A DNA stretch of 63,177 nucleotides. Origin: Candidatus Omnitrophota bacterium. Its GTDB lineage: Bacteria; Omnitrophota; Gorgyraeia; Zapsychrales; Zapsychraceae. Every line of letters begins with the position of its first letter. Positions within the stretch are counted from its first letter, which is position 1. The position numbers were made by a program, and so were the translations under genes. A model generated the notes under the pieces. That model was given only the letters and a program-made list of their open reading frames with translations. It did not search any database and was not told where the DNA came from. This document shows, one piece after another, positions 57,092 through 63,177 of the stretch. The DNA is taken from the NCBI GenBank assembly GCA_023247445.1, contig JAHFGL010000009.1:1-63177 (forward strand), written 5' to 3'.

Positions 57092-58225
57092 TTAAGACTT
57101 AACAGCTAATTGCTCGGCCTTCTTTTCAATCGAGGTAAGCAGCGCTTCAAAAGCCTTGTCAAAGGCAACACAACCATCTTTAAGTAACGTCGCACAAACA
57201 TCGTCGACATTAATTCCATTTGCCTTAAGTGCACTAATAATATTTTGCGCATCGGTGGCTGAAAAATACTGGAAGGCATCAGAAACCTTCCCATGATCAA
57301 GGAAGGCATTGAGCGTCGGCTCGGGAATAGTGTTAACGGTTGGACTAGCGATTAATTCGGTTACATATTTTATATCGCTGTAAGCAGGATTTTTCGTTCC
57401 AGTTGATCCCCACAAAACGCGCTGAACATTGGCTCCGTGTAATTTCGTAAACTCTTCACCAGCAAACAATTCTTTCGATCGCTCAAAAATAAGTCGAGAA
57501 TTAGCAATCGCGGCCTTGCCTTTAAGGGCTGCTAATTTATTTTTCTTCACTGAATCTTTTTCTGCCGCTATCTTATCATCGAGCATTTTATCGATTGTGG
57601 TATCAATACGGCTGACAAACACACTCGCCACCGATCGAACCTTACTTAAATCTGCCGTCTTGGCTGATAATCTTTTTAAACCTTTTAAATACGCTTCTGC
57701 GGTCTTTTCATATTGCCTAAGCGAAAAAATAAGCGTGACATTAACATTGATCCCTTGCGCAATGAGTTCTTCGATAACAGGAAATCCTTGATCAGTTGAA
57801 GGAACTTTAATCATCACATTGGGACGGCTAACTTTTTTATAAAGCCTGATTCCCTCGAGCATTTGCTCTTCGATCTTATTGGCTAATAGCGGATTAATTT
57901 CTAAACTCACATAACCATCTAACCCTTTGGTCTTGTCATAAACCTGCTTAAAAATATCTGTCGCATCTTGAATGTCTTTGATTGTCAATTCATCATAAAT
58001 TTCAAAAGTAGATTTGCCTTGGCGTTTGAGTTGCGTAATTTTATCGTCGTAATCTTGGCTTGAACCGATCGCCTGATTAAATATAGATGGATTTGACGTC
58101 ATGCCGCGCAATCCTTGATCAATTAAACCCTTTAACTTCCCGGTTTCAATAAGCGGTCGGCTAATATAATCCAACCAAATGCTTTGACCAAAATCGGCTA
58201 GTTGATTTAAAATTGGCTTAGACAT
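57092..58225 (-). CDS. tal: transaldolase (long form)
   Basis: SIWLDYISR...MTSNPSIF...Schiff-base lysine context MIKVPST. ATG at 58225 is preceded by GGAGATAAG. The track start is a TTG. Confidence 0.9.
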   Translation of the reverse strand: MSKPILNQLADFGQSIWLDYISRPLIETGKLKGLIDQGLRGMTSNPSIFNQAIGSSQDYDDKITQLKRQGKSTFEIYDELTIKDIQDATDIFKQVYDKTKGLDGYVSLEINPLLANKIEEQMLEGIRLYKKVSRPNVMIKVPSTDQGFPVIEELIAQGINVNVTLIFSLRQYEKTAEAYLKGLKRLSAKTADLSKVRSVASVFVSRIDTTIDKMLDDKIAAEKDSVKKNKLAALKGKAAIANSRLIFERSKELFAGEEFTKLHGANVQRVLWGSTGTKNPAYSDIKYVTELIASPTVNTIPEPTLNAFLDHGKVSDAFQYFSATDAQNIISALKANGINVDDVCATLLKDGCVAFDKAFEALLTSIEKKAEQLAVKS

Positions 58226-58291
58226 CTTATCTCCTTCATTGAATGTCATCCCCAAGTCTGGATGAAAACTTTTTTGACATATTTGATTAAC

Positions 58292-59776
58292 TCAATAGTT
58301 TTTCTGAAAATATTCTTTCTGTTCAGGGGTTAATTCATCAAGAGAAAAAACTAACGGTAACTCTACTTTTTTCTTTGTACCCTCTGTCGCTGTAACAACA
58401 AACTCCTGATCATTAATATCCTGATTGATGGAAAGCACGTTAATTTCCCAATCTTCGTTTAACCCTGCCAATTCATTAACATGTCCCTTAGTCATGCCAG
58501 CCGATGCGAAAGATATTCCTTCTTTTGTTTGCTCAATATGTGTAACAATAGTTTCTTTTGCTAGTTCTTCTTCTTTTCCAGAGCCCATAATCCCCAACCA
58601 ATATTCTCTTTTCGCAACACATAAACCGCTTTGCCCATCAATAAAATATTCTATTTTTGGTGTTGGTGGATAATATGGTCCCCCATCAGGATTTTTTAAC
58701 TTTCCAGTGATGAGATATAAACTTATAGACGCCCCAATGCAAACTTCACTTAAGAAAACGGGACAATCAACAATCTTTTCGATAGTCAAATTGTAATCTC
58801 TGGAAGACTCATTGAGATTATAAAATCCAATTCCTCGAAGTAGACTCCATTGCCCTGGCGCGATAGTATCCTCATGCATTTTCGTATTGTCTTTCGGATC
58901 AATAACAGTATAGGTTGTGCCATTAAGTACAGTGATCGCATCGGAGGCAACTACTTTGATCTTGTCAGGACTCTTAAAAAAGATTTCTTCAAGCAAGACA
59001 TTATGCTTATTCATTCTTCTAAAATGAATAAAATTTATTGCAGAAACCCGTTGATTAATCAACGCCATAATGTCCTCTAATGTTTTGTCGCTTGTTGTTG
59101 TCTGAAAGGCGATCTCTTTCTTAGAAATATCATAATCCTTGATTCTTTGAATAGCCTTGTCTAAGTAACGCATTTTTTCATCATTGCTAACATAGTCATT
59201 GGGGAGCTGAAAATCTTTTCCATCTCCTCCTTCTTCCATCATCTTTATCTTTGCCCCTATGCTTGACACATCATAATGTCCAATCGATTTTCTAACAAAT
59301 TCGATATTATTACCATCTTGTAAGGTTTCCGGCATGAGTTCGAACATTTTTTCGGTATGATAAATAATACGTAGACAAAGATCTTTCGAAAAGTAATGCC
59401 TCTGCCCCAATTCATTATAGGCGTCAGCAAGAATAGAATGATAGTGCGCCATTGCTGGCACTTCTTTTCCCGAGGATGCTAAGGCCTTCATAATATTCAT
59501 ATAATTGGCAATAGCTGTTTCATAATCTCCTTTGAAATAGAGAATTTCGGCAAAGGCTATCGTTGGCCCCCACTCTCCAGGATACTCATCTGCAACCTTT
59601 TGAACAAGCGTTAAAGCTTCATCATATTTTTTTTGGTCAATCAGTTTATAAACATCATCAAGGTATTCGTCTACAGTTTTGGCATATGTTAAAGTGTTTA
59701 AACTAAACAGTGTAATAATAATCAAACCCGAGAGTTGCCATTTTCTTATCATACAATTTGTTGTAACGTTACGCAT
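58292..59776 (-). CDS. secreted TPR-containing hypothetical protein
   Basis: Signal-like MIRKWQLSGLIIITLFSLNTLTYA, N-terminal TPR-like helices, and a beta-rich C-terminal half. Start is uncertain: ATG at 59776 or 59752, with the track start a TTG at 59794. Confidence 0.55.
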   Translation of the reverse strand: MRNVTTNCMIRKWQLSGLIIITLFSLNTLTYAKTVDEYLDDVYKLIDQKKYDEALTLVQKVADEYPGEWGPTIAFAEILYFKGDYETAIANYMNIMKALASSGKEVPAMAHYHSILADAYNELGQRHYFSKDLCLRIIYHTEKMFELMPETLQDGNNIEFVRKSIGHYDVSSIGAKIKMMEEGGDGKDFQLPNDYVSNDEKMRYLDKAIQRIKDYDISKKEIAFQTTTSDKTLEDIMALINQRVSAINFIHFRRMNKHNVLLEEIFFKSPDKIKVVASDAITVLNGTTYTVIDPKDNTKMHEDTIAPGQWSLLRGIGFYNLNESSRDYNLTIEKIVDCPVFLSEVCIGASISLYLITGKLKNPDGGPYYPPTPKIEYFIDGQSGLCVAKREYWLGIMGSGKEEELAKETIVTHIEQTKEGISFASAGMTKGHVNELAGLNEDWEINVLSINQDINDQEFVVTATEGTKKKVELPLVFSLDELTPEQKEYFQKNY

Positions 59777-59914
59777 TTTATATAGGTTTTGCAATAAAAG
59801 CTTGTTTCATCAAAATCTGCGCCACTTTTTCCATTGTCATCCTATAATGCATCCATCGGTCATCCCCGTGAAATTAGATATACCCTTGGCGGGTATAACA
59901 GCACAATTCAAAAT

Positions 59915-60853
59915 TTACTTCTTCCTTTCAATCGCCTTTTTAGCTGCTTTGACGATATCAACATCCTTTAAATGATAAGCTTTCAAAAGTTCTTGTGGGC
60001 TACCCGATTCACCAAAAGTATCATTAACCGCAACCATCTCCATCGGCACGGGGGTTGTCTTCGCCAAAACTTCGGCAATCGCGCTTCCTAATCCGCCATT
60101 GGCCTGATGTTCCTCGGCGCTAACAATGGCCCCGGTTTCTTTCGCACACTTAATAATCATTTCTTGATCGATTGGTTTAATCGTATGCATGTTGATAACA
60201 CGTGCATCAATATTTTCTTTCTTTAAAATCTCTGCCGCAGAAAGCGCCTCGGAGACCATCATCCCGCAACCAATAATGGAAACATCTTTTCCTTCTCGGA
60301 TAACATTAGCTTTGCCAATAATAAACGGATCAGAATCTTTTGTGATAACAGGCAGCGGTGCACGGCTGGTTCGCATATACATCGGGCCATCTTCACTAAT
60401 AATAGCGCGGGTGGCCTTCTTCGCTTCAATGACATCCACCGGACAAATGACTTTAATGTTGGGAAGTACCCGCATAATCGCAAAATCTTCGAGACACTGA
60501 GCAGACGCCCCATCCTCACCGACGGTTAAACCAGCATGCGAACAAACAACTTTTACGTTACGATTGTTGTAACAAACATCTAACCGTATCATGTCATACG
60601 CACGGTTGGTTAAAAAAACTGCAAACGAACACGCGAGCGGAATAAAACCATGAAAGGTAAGTCCAGCCGCCGTTCCAACAACATCTTGTTCCGCGATTCC
60701 TAAATTAAAAAATCGCTCGGGAAACGCATCGCGAAAATATTCCGCGCGAGTTGCGTCTTCCAAATCTCCGGAAAGAACAACAATCTTTTCATTTAATTTT
60801 CCAAGTTCGACAATCTCTTTGCCGAATCCATCTCGCGTTGGAATCATCTCCAT
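59915..60853 (-). CDS. transketolase, C-terminal (pyrimidine-binding) subunit
   Basis: RDGFG...GIAEQD...full similarity to the split-transketolase B subunit. Confidence 0.93.
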   Translation of the reverse strand: MEMIPTRDGFGKEIVELGKLNEKIVVLSGDLEDATRAEYFRDAFPERFFNLGIAEQDVVGTAAGLTFHGFIPLACSFAVFLTNRAYDMIRLDVCYNNRNVKVVCSHAGLTVGEDGASAQCLEDFAIMRVLPNIKVICPVDVIEAKKATRAIISEDGPMYMRTSRAPLPVITKDSDPFIIGKANVIREGKDVSIIGCGMMVSEALSAAEILKKENIDARVINMHTIKPIDQEMIIKCAKETGAIVSAEEHQANGGLGSAIAEVLAKTTPVPMEMVAVNDTFGESGSPQELLKAYHLKDVDIVKAAKKAIERKK

Positions 60854-60869
60854 CTTAAGATCTCCTTAA

Positions 60870-60947
60870 CAGCTGTCAGCTATCAGCTTTCAGCCTTCAG
60901 TAGCTGTAAGCTGCTGATAACTGAAAGCCGAAAGCAGACAGCTGATA
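60870..60947. repeat. heptad-periodic (CAGCTNT) intergenic palindrome, copy C
   Basis: CAGCTGT CAGCTAT CAGCTTT CAGCCTT CAGTAGC, then the inverted arm GCTGCTGATAACTGAAAGCCGAAAGCAGACAGCTGATA. It lies between the two transketolase subunit genes. Confidence 0.75.
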
Positions 60948-60950
60948 CAA

Positions 60951-61778
60951 TTATTCTGAATTTAATTCTTTCAGTGCTTCTGCAAGTTGCTCGGAATTCG
61001 GCGCCTTGCCATGCCATTTGGATTCGCCTTCCATAAAAGAAATTCCTTTTCCTTTTATCGTGTGCGCAATAATAACAAATGGCTTTCCTTCAATTGTTCC
61101 AAATTGATCGAGGGCTTTAATAAGCGCGCCAAAATTATGACCAATCACCTCAACGGTGTGCCAACCAAAACTGCGCCATTTATCGGCGAGTGGTTCTAAA
61201 TTTTTAATATCGTTGGTCGGGCCATTCTCCTGAACTTTATTGTAATCAACAATCGCGCAAACATTATCCAACTTATGATGTGACGCCGTCATCGCGGCCT
61301 CCCAAACTGACCCTTCCTGAATTTCTCCATCGCCCATAAGACAAAACACTTTATTTGGCTTATTAAGCATCTTGGCCCCAAAAGCAATTCCATTAGCAAC
61401 CGACAATCCATGTCCTAATGAACCGGTATTAAACTCAACACCCGGAACTTTGTGATGAACGTGTCCTTGCAGACGGCTGCCAAATTTACGAAATGTTTTT
61501 AATTCTTCTTTTGGGAAATAGCCAAAACTAGCCAGCGTTGCATAGACGCCGGGACTAATGTGGCCTTTGGAGACAATCAAATAATCCCGCCCTGACCACT
61601 CAGGCGATTGCGGATTATGATTCATTTTATAACCGTAGAGGCTGATTAAAATTTCGACCGCGGAAAGTGAGCCGCCCGGATGTCCGGAGCCGGCCAATTG
61701 AAGCGTTTCTAAAATTTCTTTGCGGATTTCAACAGCTTGTGTTTTAAGAGAATCAATATCGATGTTCTTTTTTGTCAC
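60951..61778 (-). CDS. transketolase, N-terminal (thiamine-diphosphate-binding) subunit
   Basis: GSGHPGGSLS, GHISP and GDGEIQEG motifs. GTG start preceded by AAGGAG. Confidence 0.93.
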   Translation of the reverse strand: MTKKNIDIDSLKTQAVEIRKEILETLQLAGSGHPGGSLSAVEILISLYGYKMNHNPQSPEWSGRDYLIVSKGHISPGVYATLASFGYFPKEELKTFRKFGSRLQGHVHHKVPGVEFNTGSLGHGLSVANGIAFGAKMLNKPNKVFCLMGDGEIQEGSVWEAAMTASHHKLDNVCAIVDYNKVQENGPTNDIKNLEPLADKWRSFGWHTVEVIGHNFGALIKALDQFGTIEGKPFVIIAHTIKGKGISFMEGESKWHGKAPNSEQLAEALKELNSE

Positions 61779-61796
61779 GGGAACTCCTTACATTAT

Positions 61797-62402
61797 TTAA
61801 TTAGAATGTGTCTCTAATTCTAAAACAGGCGCATTTCCTTCACGTTTATTAACGGTTCCATTATCATTCACATGTACAAATACATATCCTTCCGGCATAT
61901 AACGAGGGTTGCCTTGTTCATCGTAAGAATGAATAATTGATGCAGCAACATCCCATCCACCTTTCACTCTTGATGCTTTTAAAGTACATCCTTTGTAATT
62001 ATTGATACTACACGCTTCTCTCGTCGCATCTTTAGCGATGGCAATTGCCCTCTGCTCATCTACTGAGTTATTTGCGGAGATACGATCATGAACCAAATCT
62101 TCCTGCCATTGAATATACTGCTGGCGATAGGCGCCTGGATTGTTCGTGCACGCCTGGTAATCGACATTGGATTTCCAACCACACTCGCCATTCTCTAAAC
62201 GTGAGCAATCTCCGAACATGATCTTGCAAATACTTTGACTTGCCGGATCGACGCCTGCGCATTTTGCTGCAGGCATTTTTGTATGGCTATAATCATCGCA
62301 CGTACCGAAACAGACCGAATCACAGCCATCAGAATGGGTATAGGCATAAACAGAAGATACTCCAATAAACAGGAAAATACTCAAGGCAAGAATATATTTC
62401 AT
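61797..62402 (-). CDS. secreted cysteine-rich hypothetical protein
   Basis: Signal peptide MKYILALSIFLFIGVSSVYA. Cys-rich N-terminal half (at least 12 Cys). No recognised domain. Confidence 0.55.
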   Translation of the reverse strand: MKYILALSIFLFIGVSSVYAYTHSDGCDSVCFGTCDDYSHTKMPAAKCAGVDPASQSICKIMFGDCSRLENGECGWKSNVDYQACTNNPGAYRQQYIQWQEDLVHDRISANNSVDEQRAIAIAKDATREACSINNYKGCTLKASRVKGGWDVAASIIHSYDEQGNPRYMPEGYVFVHVNDNGTVNKREGNAPVLELETHSN

Positions 62403-62440
62403 ATAGACAAACCCTTGATTCTTTTACGACGGACACTCGG

Positions 62441-62463
62441 GATAAAACTCCGCTACGCGGAGT
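62441..62463 (-). terminator. rho-independent terminator directly after tRNA-Lys
   Basis: On the minus strand: ACTCCGC-GTA-GCGGAGT followed by TTTTAT. Confidence 0.6.
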
Positions 62464-62465
62464 GA

Positions 62466-62538
62466 TGGGCCATGCAGGAGTCGAACCTGCTACCCAGTGA
62501 TTAAGAGTCACTTGCTCTACCAGGTGAGCTAATGGCCC
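62466..62538 (-). tRNA. tRNA-Lys (anticodon CUU)
   Basis: 73-nt cloverleaf folded by hand: acceptor GGGCCAT/ATGGCCC, D arm GCTC-ACCTGGTA-GAGC, anticodon arm AGTGA-CTCTTAA-TCACT, T arm GCAGG-TTCGACT-CCTGC, discriminator A. CCA is not encoded. Confidence 0.93.
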
Positions 62539-62552
62539 CAAGTTACCACAAA

Positions 62553-62713
62553 CTAAAAACTATATTTAAGAAAGACTTGGGGCAACACTTACTACAAACA
62601 TACAATCAAGAAAAGTAAGTGTGGCCAAAACCAATATTTTTAAAACTATATTCCAGAAAAATCTTGGGCAACCCCGACTCTACTTATTAATATTAGAGAA
62701 GGCGGGGTGGCCC
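62553..62713 (-). repeat. tandem ~87-nt units, each a hairpin plus a conserved TTGCCC-N15-TATAGT tail
   Basis: Minus-strand unit 1: GGCCAC-ACTTACT-loop-AGTAAGT-GTTGCCCCAAGTCTTTCTTAAATATAGTTTTT. Unit 2: GGCCAC-CCCG-loop-CGGG-GTTGCCCAAGATTTTTCTGGAATATAGTTTT. Flanks are conserved while the inner stems differ but stay complementary. Confidence 0.6.
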
Positions 62714-62805
62714 CAGAGGCCTAAAAAAATTTGAGCCTATTTATACCAGAGATTGACATTACTGTAAAGCAGGAAGTTTGTAAATATCTTATTAAAACCC
62801 AAATG

Positions 62806-63165
62806 TTAATGGCCTTGGGCATTTTTTTCTAACAATATCTTAGTCTTTAACTGAAATAGTCTACGTAATTTTTCAACAGAATATCCACCCATAAATAGCG
62901 TCGCCATCTTATCCCCTATCTCAATTTTCTTAACAATAAGATCCTTGGGCCCATAGGGATATCCAGTAAAATCTTTGTTCATATCAACTCTTAAGCCGAC
63001 CCAAATGGTCTTCCTAATATCAATTTTATCAAGTCCCTGAAATTCCTTGATCCCTTCATGCGGACTACGAATGCCATAGACCATCACATCTAAGGGTTTG
63101 TGGACATAGCCGACTTCTTTAAAATTTAATGTTTGAGCAATAATGGCGGGTGCGCTAATCATCAT
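62806..63165 (-). CDS. hypothetical protein (may extend beyond the window)
   Basis: 119-aa ORF. There is no in-frame stop between its first ATG and the window end. No recognisable motif. Confidence 0.45.
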   Translation of the reverse strand: MMISAPAIIAQTLNFKEVGYVHKPLDVMVYGIRSPHEGIKEFQGLDKIDIRKTIWVGLRVDMNKDFTGYPYGPKDLIVKKIEIGDKMATLFMGGYSVEKLRRLFQLKTKILLEKNAQGH

Positions 63166-63177
63166 ATCAGAGTAATT

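Noticed and set aside
59888-59908. Hairpin TATACCC-TTGGC-GGGTATA downstream of the transketolase C-subunit gene as a terminator
   Set aside because: The stem is only 7 bp and no U-tract follows on the minus strand, so the evidence is too weak to call.
48402-60947. Possibility that the CAGCTNT repeats are a CRISPR array or minisatellite
   Set aside because: The units are only 7 nt with no spacers. Each locus is a single dyad-symmetric block under 100 nt. The three loci are kilobases apart, and no cas genes are present.
62403-63177. Integrated mobile element at tRNA-Lys
   Set aside because: No integrase, excisionase or direct repeat of the tRNA 3' end is visible within the window on either side. 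The window ends 640 nt beyond the tRNA, so this cannot be assessed further.

Overview
AT-rich bacterial chromosomal window, probably from an uncultivated lineage; taxon not determinable from the sequence. It is almost completely co-oriented: about 60 genes lie on the minus strand and only rpoN on the plus strand. Positions 1-4.7 kb hold a TPR protein, a soluble GAF histidine kinase and a sigma-54-dependent response regulator. Positions 5-35 kb form one large PEP-CTERM/exosortase exopolysaccharide locus. It contains three PEP-CTERM substrates, a priming sugar transferase, EpsI, an exosortase, GT2/GT4/GT9 glycosyltransferases, three methyltransferases, an acetyltransferase, WecB, Wzx and Wzy-like proteins, an epimerase, a BY-kinase, an ExeA-like ATPase, Wzz-like and Wza-like proteins and a small HTH gene. 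rpoN is transcribed divergently from this locus. Positions 36.8-63 kb are mostly housekeeping: a cupin/DUF2064/GT2 trio, a heme operon (hemL, hemB, a HemC-like/SUMT/HemD fusion), a cNMP-patatin protein, a beta-oxidation cluster, pentose-phosphate genes with a split transketolase, and tRNA-Lys(CUU). No transposase, integrase, CRISPR array or rRNA was seen. The observations most worth follow-up are: (i) a PEP-CTERM-type signal embedded inside the priming sugar transferase; (ii) two strong sigma-54 -24/-12 promoters with phased GGACA repeats upstream; (iii) a four-helix-bundle (23S-IVS-type) ORF bracketed by heptad-periodic inverted repeats inside the heme operon, plus three cargo-less heptad palindromes (CAGCTNT) inside other operons; (iv) a tandem hairpin unit with compensatory stem changes next to tRNA-Lys; (v) a HemC-like/SUMT/HemD fusion lacking HemC domain 3. 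All functional calls rest on motif recognition by eye; no searches were run.
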